DNA of 63,753 nucleotides, filler included, from Olpidium bornovanus S191 (GCA_017911155.1; 32 parts of 32 records of this genome joined end to end with filler, not necessarily neighbours in it); one strand, 5' to 3'; shown: positions 47,196 through 58,603, numbered from the whole stretch's first letter. Notes: a model not told the origin generated them from the sequence alone. Numbers and translations are program-made.

Positions 47196-47519
47196 TGGCC
47201 CGGGCGTCAACTTTCTCCTCCTGCGGCGTTTTCCGTCGACGAACTTTCCCGCGGCGCCCGCGCTTTGGAGTGTGGAGGGAAGGTTGCGGGGCGGCGGACG
47301 GGGCGGCGGACGGGGCGGAGAGGGGGAGGGGGAAAGTGGCGGAGGCGGGGNNNNNNNNNNNNNNNNNNNNNNNNNNNNNNNNNNNNNNNNNNNNTTAATT
47401 AATTAANNNNNNNNNNNNNNNNNNNNNNNNNNNNNNNNNNNNNNNNNNNNCCGCCGCCCCCCCCCCCTCCTTCCTCCCTCACTCTCTGACCCCGGCGTTT
47501 GCGACCTTCTCTGGAAACG

Positions 47520-47778
47520 CAAACAGTTCCGCACCCTTGCGAGTCCCCTGGCCGGCATGTGCCGGGACGAAAGGGTGCAGGAGCTGATGAACTCGGAGCT
47601 GCGGCGGACGTCGGACGATGCCGGGCTCGCGGAATACGAGCGGCCGCGGGCCGTGACCCTGTGGCCGGAGCCGTTCACGGTCGGCGGCGCTTTGCTCACG
47701 CCCACGTTCGAGCTGCGGCGGGAGGCGGCGCGCGAAAGGTTTCGAAAAGAGATCGACGAGATGTACCGCAACTTTTGA
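47520..47778 (+). CDS. Long-chain acyl-CoA synthetase (ACSL/Faa), last exon
   Basis: GLAEYERPRAVTLWPEPFTVGGALLTPTFELRR...FRKEIDEMY* aligns with the ACSL C-terminus (GL..FE....L.PE.F....LLTPT.K.KR...IDDLY). Confidence 0.85.
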
Positions 47779-47867
47779 AAGGCGGAAAGAGGGGTTCTTT
47801 TTAAAGAAAAAAAGAAAAAAAGGGGGGGGGGGGGGGGGGGGAGAAGAAGGAGGTTGTGCCCACCCCG

Positions 47868-48010
47868 CCGCCAACCCCCCCTCCCTTCCCCCGCGTTGAC
47901 GAAAAAAGAAAAAAAAATGGAAATCTCCGGCTTTGGGCCGCCAACCCCCCCCCCCTCCCCCGCGTTGACGAAAAAAGAAAAAAAAATGGAAACCCCCGGC
48001 TTTGGGCCGC
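47868..48010. repeat. About 69-bp tandem duplication in the ACSL 3' region
   Basis: CGCGTTGACGAAAAAAGAAAAAAAAATGGAAA...GGCTTTGGGCCGCC anchored at 47892 and 47961. Confidence 0.9.
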
Positions 48011-50943
48011 CGCGCCCCGGCGGACCGGGCACTCCAAAATTTTAAAAGCGCCCTTTTCAACTTTCTTTTCCATCGGCGCGAAAAAACAAAAGCAACAACA
48101 AAAAAGAAAAAGAAAGGACGGAAGGTAACCACAGCGGCTCCAAGACGTCATTCACCGTGTCGAGCGGCGACCTGTACGGATGTGTGTCACCTAATTGTGC
48201 TGGCGGTGAGCCACCACGACGCAGTCGTTTGTACCAGATTGCCCGCGATCGATGCAAACACGTCTGCGGAAGAAGGAATCTGCACGTGTTGAGTTTCCTT
48301 TTTATTTTTATGGGCCCTCTCCGTCTCAGTCTCTCTCTCTCTTTCCCTGTCTGGGTTCGAGCTTCTCTCTCCGTCAGTCGCAGATAAAATAGTTTTTCCG
48401 CACGTGGAAGAACAAAAAAAAACAAAACGGGGGGACCCCGTGGGGACAGTGAAATGGGGGGGAAAGAATTCTCCGGGGGCTGCGGACCAATCGTCGTCGC
48501 CCGCGATAAAAATTAAAAAGAAAAATCTCCAAAAAAAAAAAGAAGAACAAGGTATTTTTTTCTTTTTCTCCTCCCCAAAAACCACACAACACACGCTCGC
48601 ACGCACGCGGGAGAGAACTCGAAATAATTTTTATTTTTTTCCCTTGGCGNNNNNNNNNNNNNNNNNNNNNNNNNNNNNNNNNNNNNNNNNNNNTTAATTA
48701 ATTAANNNNNNNNNNNNNNNNNNNNNNNNNNNNNNNNNNNNNNNNNNNNCATGATACTATTAGGTTACACTTTGATACCATCAACTATTAATACGATTAG
48801 ATTCTATTAGGATAAACAGGGCGGGGCAACAAAAATTAAACTCACCTTTTTCCAACTCCCAACCCCTCGCTCGCCTGCAATGAAAAGCACGCCAACAAAG
48901 AGGCGAACAAAGAGGTTGACGATCACACTGTGGAGTCACGTTCGAACGAATTGACTGGTGGCGTCGATGCAAGTTAGAGCAGTCGCGTCAAGGGGAAGGC
49001 CGACGAGTGCGTCGGCGGCGCGGCCGAGAGAATGATGGCGTCGTTTCGTCAATGGAGGTCTCGACAAGCACGTCGATCATGGCGTCGGCGGTGGGACGAG
49101 CGGGAATGCATCGGCTGCCGCATCGAAGGAAATGGCGCACGTGCATGCGAGGTAGATAGACCCACTCGACCCTTGTACATTGTTCATCGTATTGGCGGTC
49201 CAATTTTAGCTCATTATGCGCCTTGTGGACGTCACTACCACGTCCTTCTGCGGAACACTTGAAATCGACCACTATATAAAGGTCCCGCCTCTCCTCGATG
49301 CTGCGCCGTCGAAGTCAGGTCGGTTGCCGTCCGTGCGCTGCGCACGGTCGCGGCATCGTGCTCGCGGGGTGGTCGATGCGCTCCGGTGGTCAGTTCTCGC
49401 CTTAGCAATAGCTGCTTTTTGACCCACTTGCGATTTGCTTTGATAGGGTGGACAAAATCGTGAGGAATGTGGGGGAGGGGAGGGGAAGGTTCGGACGCCC
49501 GGCGTGTCGGGCGGCGGCGGGGAGTGCGCGCGGGCGGCCGGCGCGTTCGCAGCCGCACGGTCGACGCGAGGCCGGCGTGCGGCAGGTGGCTTTTGTTAAT
49601 CTGAGCACAAAATTCTCTTCAACCACCTGAACGACCGCCCGCGTAACTCCGCCGCAGGGCGGACGTTTAAGAGATGCTCGACAAACAACGCGAGCCTCGG
49701 CTCCCGCCCCAATCTCGGCACTCTGGCTAGCAATCGTTGCACCCAAATTTTTGCCACTGGCACCGTTCATCTCGCCTCGCCCGGGTGGGGTCGCCATGAG
49801 GCTGGAAACCGCCAGCACCAAAATCACACCAGCTTACTCTCTTTTTTTCTTTCTCTCTCTCTCCCTTTTTCTCTCTCACTCATTTTCCCTTCCCCGGTTC
49901 TTAAATGTCGGACACGTTTTTTATTGTGCTGCTCCACATCACCCCAATTCCATTTTTCATTTTTTGGCTTTCGGTCGGAGCCGACGTCGTACGCCTCTCC
50001 AGGCCCTCCGTGTGTTTATCAAAAAAAATTCGGCAATACTTTTCAGTAAGTTGACAACAACGGTATAAAATAATATATGTATACATAAATCATATTTTTT
50101 GCTGCCCCGGCCTACCAAATTTTATTGACGCTGTAAAATTAGTTTTATTTGAACATCGCTGAAATCACGGTTTTGTTTGCTCATACTTTTGTTTTTCTTC
50201 TACATGTAGGATCTTGAGTAATCTTTGTATGGGAATCGCACGGGGACCTCGAAACCATGACACAGCCTCCACGGCTGTATCTTACTTTTTGGCAGGTGCT
50301 GGCACGGCCTTCTTTTTTTTCCACGGCATACCTTTTTTGCTGTTTCTTTTTTTCTTTTTTTGATTTATTCACAGTTTGTGACGTACTTTTTTATGATATC
50401 TTCTGGCATACATTTTATTCTTCCTTTTTTTCAAGCCGCAAAATTCAAAAGTTTACGCAATTCGTGAAACGGGCAGTAGGATTATACTGCACGGTATGAA
50501 TATTTTAATTTGCAGCCCAGATTATATTGCCCTGAGCCAAATTGTAATGTGCATATTATTTGCTGTCCTTGTAGTGTCTCCGTATCAGCACTGGGTTCCA
50601 GTCTCCAGCAGCGAGGGACTAGGGTGCCCCACTCGAAGCCTCAGGGAGATCCGATAGAACTGACACCCCCAAAACGTCCTTTCGACGGGCCAAGTGGCGC
50701 ACACCAGAACGAGGTGCCCCTTTTGAACAGGCAAGGGTGTACTGCGGCAAGGTTCACAGCGTTATATTCCTCTCCCTCGTCAGGTCTGAGACGGTGCTAC
50801 AGGTAAGGTGACGAGGGCTGCAAGTGCAGTCGAAGGGGAAAGGNNNNNNNNNNNNNNNNNNNNNNNNNNNNNNNNNNNNNNNNNNNNTTAATTAATTAAN
50901 NNNNNNNNNNNNNNNNNNNNNNNNNNNNNNNNNNNNNNNNNNN

Positions 50944-51237
50944 CATGCGAAATATTCCTCTTTAGGCCAGCATTGACTATCGTCGGTAACATAAAGTAAC
51001 GAGAGGGTGATGTTAACCTAGAGAATGAACGAAACGACCACAATAAGAACAATCGCGGACAATAAGCGCGACATACCCAAGATGGTTATTCCAGGTGCAA
51101 TCATAGTTATGGTTGCAGCTGCCCTCATTTCGATGTTTCCTGCATATTTTGTGAAGGACCCAGTCGGGGTCTTCTTGACCCGATGCAAAACAGGCAACCA
51201 CAGCAGCAAACGCGCAGATGAAAGTAACGACCTTCAT
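50944..51237 (-). CDS. Small secreted cysteine-rich peptide, two exons
   Basis: Signal MKVVTFICAFAAVVACFASG; a 100-nt intron (GG|GTATGT 51076, TAG 50977) gives ...CRKHRNEGSCNHNYDCTWNNHLGQCWPKEEYFA, followed by TG at the contig edge (probable stop). Confidence 0.78.
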
Positions 51238-51397
51238 AGCAGGGTGCTTTGTATTGGAATGCGGCACAAAGTTATGTATATGTTTACTTAACCCTCATAA
51301 ACGCGGGCAAACAGCATTCAACGACTCACATTCTTGAAATACTTGGGCGCGGAGTGGAGTGGGGACTTCGGCGCGGAGTTTGGGGGCGGACTTGCCT

Positions 51398-51410
51398 TTT
51401 TATACCCGTG
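51398..51410 (-). promoter_or_regulatory. TATA box upstream of the small cysteine-rich peptide gene
   Basis: CACGGGTATAAAAAGGC on the minus strand, about 165 bp upstream of the ATG at 51237. Confidence 0.6.
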
Positions 51411-52629
51411 AAAAAGTGAGCTGAAGCGTGACATCAGCGGTCGCTCCTCCGTCCTCTTCCCTTGCTTCCACTCTGGGTGCCACGCAAAAATAATATTTAT
51501 GCTTACAACAGCCTATCACGCACCGAAAAGGAAAATATTTGATACCCCCTAGTAGAAGGCACTTTACCAGCGCCTCTTCCTCGTTCCACCCATCACACGG
51601 CGTTCAAGATAACCCTCCTCTACCCACCTCCATCATTTCCTTCCGCACCCATCACTCCGCTCCCGCCTTACCCCCTCGCGTTCTTTTTCCGTCTCACCGC
51701 CAACAGTAGGTGTTGTAGAACCTGGCGACTTGTCTGCGTGATGGCTGTGTCGGAACCAACTCTGATACGTTGACAGCTCCTATCGGACCCAGCCCCTGCA
51801 GAACCCAACGTCCGCTCTTCCTCACACGCGCGCGCGGGGAAACCGCCTCCATCCTCCTCCGCTCTTTCTCTCGCTCTCTGTCTCGCTCTCTCGCCTCGCC
51901 CCGCCTCGCCTCCTTGGGGAAATGCCTTAGCGCGGCGGTGTTGGGCCCGCAACGCGCGCGCGCGCACCGCCCCGCCCCGCCTTCGCCGCCAGCGAAGGAG
52001 GAAGGGAGGGCGAGACGGCGGCGGCCCCACGAAACAACCCGCCCCCGGCCCCGGCTCTTCCCGCGGGCGAGGAGGCCGCGGCCTGCCCAAACTGCAACGG
52101 CCTGCCCGCCGCGCTCCGCGTACGCCGCCCTCCTGACCCAACATGAACGACGTCGCGTTGACGAGGCTTCCTCTGTTTTGCCGCCCGTTGGCGACCCTCG
52201 CACGCCACGCGGCCGATCACCATATTTCGTGTCGTCCGTGAGACCTTTTTCTTTTCCTTCTTCCCCCCCTCCCTTTCTATTATTTTTTTGAGACAAGAGA
52301 TCGTTTGTTTCGCCACGCTTTCTCTCCTCCTGACTTGTCGATCGCCCCCGCCTGCCCTCTCAAGGGCACGTTCATGCTCACTCTGAAAGCTTAGTACGTT
52401 GCGCGGTAACTGCGGGGCCGGGACGCGCAGGGCGGCGGGGAGGGTGGGCCCTGTCCGCCTGATCGGCGTTCGTGTTCTCCGAAGCGACGTTTATTTGACG
52501 CCGTTCAGGTTCCGCATGGGACTGATGCGCCGTACGGGTCAGGTACCTGATCGAGATCGTTCTCGTTCCCCGGTCCAAGTGTCCTCATCCGGCGGACCGA
52601 AGGCGCGTCGGAACCTCCGATGAGGAGGC

Positions 52630-52800
52630 AAGACGTCGACCGACGCGCTGCTGAAGGCGGGCGGGGCCGCTTCCGGGCTTCGAAGGAGGTAGAAGCCGGC
52701 CGACGCGCTGTTGCAGTAAGAGCCGGGCCACTCCCGAGCCTCGACGGAGGCGGAAGTCGGCCGACGCGCTGCTGAAGGCCAGCGGGGCCACGCCGCAGAC
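52630..52800. repeat. Degenerate 60/61-bp tandem repeat (3 units)
   Basis: CCGACGCGCTG anchors at 52640, 52700 and 52761. Confidence 0.85.
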
Positions 52801-53494
52801 GAAGTTTTCCAGGCCGTCTGACTGCCAGCAGAGAAGGCCCCGGAGCCCGGGCCGGTCTGACCCTGTGCGGGATCAGATACCATTTACCTGTGCGCGAAGT
52901 TCGTTTGCCCGATAGCCAGTCACCGGCGGCTGGCAAAAGAAAGATAAAGGAACGGGGGGGCGGGGAGGGGAAGGGGGAGGAAAGAAAAAAAAAGAAAGTC
53001 CGGAATGTCCGGACGGGGGGTCCCCGGGAGTATACACAATATGGTCCGAGGGCCGCGTCGGGGACCGACTCCGGTTTCTCAGGTTCCACCCAATCCGCCT
53101 CTCGACACCGGTGGAGAATTATCCCTTCTACTAGGCCTATTTCGCATGGCGGTTAACTAGAGACTCTGCAAAAAGCAACAGGGCGGCTCTCAGCCTCGCC
53201 CTCCCATTTGTTCCTCTCGCCTTGTTCGCCTCACACGGGGCCATTCTTCACTTCTCCCGCGCGCGNNNNNNNNNNNNNNNNNNNNNNNNNNNNNNNNNNN
53301 NNNNNNNNNTTAATTAATTAANNNNNNNNNNNNNNNNNNNNNNNNNNNNNNNNNNNNNNNNNNNNCATGGTAGTTTGCTTGTTGTTTCCAACAAAAAACG
53401 AAGGGATTTCCCCACTGTTCCGTCAGCGCCCAGTACGGCTGGTTCTGTCCATTCAGATAGAACTATAACACCGGCGATTGAAAGAACAAAAAAA

Positions 53495-54130
53495 GAATGT
53501 AAACCCCCAGCTGCAACAAAAAAAAACAGAGCAGAAGATGTATCCCGCCGAATGTCAAAAGATCTTCTAGATCTGCCTTCACATTTGCCTTCCAAATCCA
53601 TCTAAAAATTCTATAGAGCGAATGCACAGTTGGTATCCAAGACACTTTGTGCCGAAAAAGTATGCAATTGGCTGCCACAAAAAAAAGGGCCGGAAGAAAA
53701 AGATATGTCGGCGCCCGGAAAAAAAAAAGTAAGCCGGGGGCTGTAACAAAATAAAATGACAGAAAGAAACAAAGAAAAAAAATAGTACGACAACGGTTGC
53801 AACCAAAATAGAAAAAGACAGAAAATTAAGGGAAAAATAGGTACGCCGGCAACCGCAACAAACAAAAAAAGAAAAAGGTACGACGGCGCCCGCAAAACAA
53901 AAAAGAAAAAAAAAAGAGAAATGAAGGTACACCGACGGCCGCCGCAAAAAAATGAAAAAAAAAAACCGGCATGTTGGCGGTTGCAACAAAAAAAACAAAA
54001 GAAAAAGAAAAAAGATACGCCGGTAATAGCCACAAAAAAAGAGTTCGCCTGCGGCCGCCACTAAAAAAAAGAAAAAAAAACGTGGACCGGCACCCAAGTC
54101 CGCCGGCGGCCCGCCTCCACTTCCCCCGAA
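53495..54130. repeat. Degenerate array of short GC cores separated by A-tracts
   Basis: More than ten units such as GGCTGCCAC-A8, GGTTGCAAC-CAAAA, GGCAACCGCAAC-AAAC and GGCGGTTGCAAC-A8. Confidence 0.7.
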
Positions 54131-54865
54131 AAAGATGTACGCCAGCGCCTCCGCCCCCGCTCTCTCATAGGAAACATTACGCTGGCGAACGCAAAACGAA
54201 AAAAACAAACCGCGATCAGATGCCTGTCGTGATCACTGGCGGACTGCTCGTCCCTTGTTGGCTTTTGTGTGAAAAAGCTGTCTCGTGCTCTCTGGGGCCC
54301 AGCCAGAACGGGAGAACCAACGGGCGAGCAAAGGAAAGCGGAGGGAGATCGGTGGGGGGAACGGCGAGCAAAACGAAAGCCAAGAGACCGGCAGCGTAGT
54401 AGCTAAAAGGAAAAGGCGAGGGAAGCTAAAGAAAAAGGAAAAACAGCAAGGCAGCGAGGCAGCTGTGCACGGAGCAGACGCAGGCCTGACAAACGAGACG
54501 CGCGGCGCACTGGCCAGACGCCGGCGAACAAACAAGGGGCGCAGCGCACAAGAATAGGGTTGCTAAAGAAAGCGACGAGGCGCTAGAAGGCCCGGCGGCG
54601 CTTAAGGATGTCTGAAAAATTTATAATAAAAGGAAGGCCGGGCAGGGAAGCAGCAAAGAGCAGCTCTTTTATGCGAACAGCAAATAAAGGGCGCACGGTA
54701 TTGTCGCAATAAAAAAGCGCGCCAGCTCTCAAGAAGTCCAACACACACCTTTCGGCGCCTGCAAACAGCGGGAATGCTGTGCATACAAATTCAGGAACCG
54801 GACGATTCACAGATCGGCTGCATCACCTGCCGCCCGCATGCGAACCCGCCTGCCTGTTTGCTGCA

Positions 54866-55000
54866 AAGGTATCAAGCCGCGTTTGTACCTTTCTGCTTTG
54901 GAAAAAATACCAGCCGCCTGTTATCGTCTGCTTCGAGAAATATCAGCCGCGCCTGTACTCCCCGTCTGCTCCAAAAATTTCAGCCGCGTTATGTGCCCTG
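54866..55000. repeat. 33-37-bp degenerate tandem repeat (4 units)
   Basis: AGCCGC anchors at 54875, 54912, 54945 and 54982, with shared TCTGCT and A-rich flanks. Confidence 0.85.
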
Positions 55001-55984
55001 CGCTCATGCTTCCGGAAACGGGGTTTCGTTTCTAGGGCCGTGCGAGAAATCGTTATGTAATCCGCGCCCCTCCGCCCGCCCGTTCGCTGGGTGTTGATGT
55101 CACCCGCCGGCTGTTGATGTCATGCGCACCTTTCCGCCCGACCGTTTGGCCCGCCTCCAGGTTAAGTTTGGCCGCTTATTGCCGTCCTCTCTCCTGGGTT
55201 CCCTCTCTCCTCCCCCCTTCCCCCCTCCCCTGCTGCAACCCCCATACCGGCTCCGCCCCGCCCCCTTTCACCTCAGCTACAACCCGTACGCCCGCCGCAG
55301 CACCGGCGGGGGCTCCGCTGCTCCGCCGGCCCGCCGCCCCGCGCCCCCTCCCCCCCCCCCCCCCGCCCCCCCCCCCCCCCCCGCGGCCCCCCCCCCCCCC
55401 CCCCCCCCCCTTGCTCCCCTTCCCCCCTGTACGCCTGCCGCAGCAGGGGGGACGGCGACCGAAAGGGGGGACGTATACAAAGCGCCGTTGCCGCCGCGGC
55501 TTCCGCCGTCCCCGCCGCTCCGGCCGGCTGCCTCCCGCCGCGGGTATAAAAGGCGTTCGCTCCCCGGCGAAAAGTCACCTCCTTCCCCAGACCTCACCCA
55601 CACAACGCGGCGCTTTATAACGCGTTCCCTTTGAAACGCGCGCCTTATGCGTTCCCCCCCAAGACTTCGCCAAGACCAGCACTCTCTCTCCCTCGCCGAC
55701 AACCCATTTCCTCCCCGCCACCTCGCCTCTCCTTTTCCCCGCGCTACGGGGGCATAACGCTCATCTACAAAAGGGCAGAGCATACAACAAAGAAAAAAAA
55801 AGGAAACCCCCCGGCACGCCACTCGCGTGGTGTAGCAGAGTGTGGTGCGTCTGCTCAGCAACGCCCCAACTTGCCGTACACGCCCCCAGCACGGGGAGGC
55901 CCCCCCAAGCAGGCAAAGGGGACCAGGGGGACCCCCCCCCCACGTGTGCCACCCCCCTAGTGCGCGGGACGAGACCCGCAACCG

Positions 55985-56180
55985 CGGGGCAAAACCCGCC
56001 CATGCGGAGCAAGTCCCGTCCCCGCGAGTCAAAGACCCGCCCATGCGGAGCAAGTTTTGCCCCCGCGGGCCAAAGAACCGCCCGCGCGGGACAAGAACCA
56101 CCCGCGCGGGACAAGGACCGCCACCGCGGGGCAAGAACCGCCCGCGCGGGACAAAAACCGCCCGCGCGGGGCAGGACCAG
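55985..56180. repeat. About 20-bp GC-rich tandem repeat upstream of a TATA box
   Basis: Units like CAAGAACCGCCCGCGCGGGA repeated about 6 times, preceded by two ACCCGCCCATGCGGAGCAAG copies. Confidence 0.88.
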
Positions 56181-56303
56181 CCCACGGAGGGAGCGACCAT
56201 GGCGCCATGCCCGCGCGCAGCGACCATGGCGCCCCGCCCGCGGGTATAAATAGACACCATTGCCCAGTGGTTGGATGTAGAATCATTGGATCCACACAAC
56301 CCT

Positions 56304-56400
56304 ACTTCCGATAGCCAAACAGCTGAAGTACACGCACTTCCGATAGTTAGAAAGCTGAAGTACACTCACTTCCGATGGCTAGAAGGCTGAAGAAAAAAAA
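56304..56400. repeat. 32-bp tandem repeat (about 3 units) ending in A8
   Basis: ACTTCCGAT anchors at 56304, 56336 and 56368, each with GCTGAAG. Confidence 0.92.
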
Positions 56401-57441
56401 CGCTTTAAAAAGTTCTTCCGAATTCCGATTGAAATCGAATCACTTTTCGACCCTGCATGTTACACGTGGCATTTTCTCCCTTGTCGCCGTTTGTCGAGAA
56501 GCTGGCCCGGTGTAATCCCTGCCCGGCGGGGGCGCCGGCAGCCCACAATCCCCAGGAGGTCGCCCGGGAATGCCAAAGCCGCTCTCGCCCCGCGATGGTC
56601 CCTAAGACCGGTTGTAGCCGGCAGGGCCTAAACATTGTCGCGGCGCGACTAAGGTGTGTTTTTTTTTGTTTTCGTCTCGCGCTTTTTTCTATTTTTTTTT
56701 TGTTCATTTAATTGAGCTGATCTTGGTCCTTTCCGTCTTTTTCGCCCTTCCATACAGGCCTTCGGCCGCGGTCCCAGGTGGAGTGGCAACTCGGGGCAAG
56801 GGCGAATGGAGACCGGAACCGCCGGCAGCCTTGGGCGGGGAGCACCGGGCTACAGGTGTAGCCGCCGCCGGGGTGCCCCCCCCACCACCGGAAGAGTTTC
56901 CCAGTGTGAGCGCTTCCTTCCCCCGCCCTGCAGCTAGGACTCCGGAGGGTTTGTTTGGTTCCCCTCCCCCCTCTCCTGCACCTCCCTCTCCCTCTCATAC
57001 CTCACCTCTCTCCGCTTTCTCCTCCCTCTCTATACCTACCTCTCCATTCATTCCCCTTCCCAAAAAACCCGTGCACTCCCTCACCACATCCCATCACCAC
57101 ATCCCCTCACCTTTCCCTCCGCTCACCCTCCCTTTCACGAATCAAAATGTACTTATGTAGGGGCTTTTCGGCCCTCACCTTCCTTTAGTTTTTTTTTTTA
57201 CCTTTATTAATATAATGGAACTACGAGCCCTCTGATCCCGGGCAACCGGGCACGTAGGCAGCCGAGGCTCCTCGGAGCGGAGGTCCGANNNNNNNNNNNN
57301 NNNNNNNNNNNNNNNNNNNNNNNNNNNNNNNNTTAATTAATTAANNNNNNNNNNNNNNNNNNNNNNNNNNNNNNNNNNNNNNNNNNNNCATGCCCGACGC
57401 CACTTTCGCTTACTTGCTTTGCGTCTTTTCGTGCTCAATAG

Positions 57442-58603
57442 GAAGCCAAGTACAGAAGGCCGTTTTGGCAAAGCAGATGGAAGGTCACGTCCTTGCTCTC
57501 TCTCTGCAGATGTACGGTTGCCGGGTGGTCCAAAAGGCACTCGAGCACGTGCTCACGGATCAGCAGGTAGCGCTGCTACGCGAACTGGAGTACAACGTTC
57601 TGAAATGCGTCAAGGACCAGAACGGCAATCACGTTATCCAGAAGGCGATCGAGCGCGTGCCTGCTGATCATATACGGTTCGTCACCAGCGCGTTTACCGG
57701 CCAAGTGTTCAACCTCGCAACGCATCCTTATGGATGTAGGGTCATACAGAGGATGTTCGAACACTGCACCGAAGAGCAGGCGGTCAGTGGGGCCTTTTTT
57801 TTGTTAGATAAACAGCCGTTGGTATGCGCGTCCGCTTACCACGTTGCCGGTTCCGCAGCAAGCCCCACTGCTGGAAGAGCTGCACCGATATGCGCAGAAC
57901 TTGGTGCAGGACCAGTACGGGAACTACGTTGTCCAGCACGTTCTTGAACGCGGAAAGATCGCTGACCGCGCAGCGGTAGTAGCCAAAATGAAGGGGCAGG
58001 TCTTCACGCTTTCCAAGCACAAGTTTGCCAGCAACGTCGTGGAGAAGTGTGTTGCCCGCGCTTCGCCTGAAGACCGCCGTGCGCTGATCGACGAGGTCAT
58101 TACTCTCAGGCCCGATGGGACCTGTCCGCTGATTGCGATGATGAAGGATCAGTACGCAAATTACGTCGTTCAGAAAATGGTATGTCGGCATTTTTTTTTG
58201 TCTGGCCGCGTTAATTGGCATTTCCGGATCCGCCTTGACGGTGTATTTGGGCGTGCGTATGTAGCTGGACGTTGTCGAGGGTGAGCAACGGGAGCGGCTG
58301 GTAGCGAGAATACGGCCTCACCTTTCTTCGTTGAAGAAGTACACCTACGGAAAGCACCTTACATCAAGTATGTTGTGCAAAATCTCAATTTCTTAAGTTT
58401 CTTGTCTATGCCTTTTTTTTTGGCAAACTTTAGCTAACTGACTCACTGTCGATGCAGAGGTGGAGAAGTTGATGGCTGCCGTCGGGCAGGGCCAGAGCCA
58501 GGACGGCCGTCATTCGGACAACAAGGTGGCGGCGCTCCCTTCTTCCTCCGGACCCAGACCGAGCTCGGAAACGGACGGCACCGCGGAGACCTCCGGAAAG
58601 TAG
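57442..58603 (+). CDS. PUF3: Pumilio/Puf3 RNA-binding protein, PUF repeats and C-terminus, 5'-partial
   Basis: [69 protein letters not shown]; stop at 58601-58603. Confidence 0.95.

Noticed and set aside
48750-50843. Short ORFs and a TATATAAA at about 49273
   Set aside because: No supported coding model or family; the TATA has no identifiable downstream gene.
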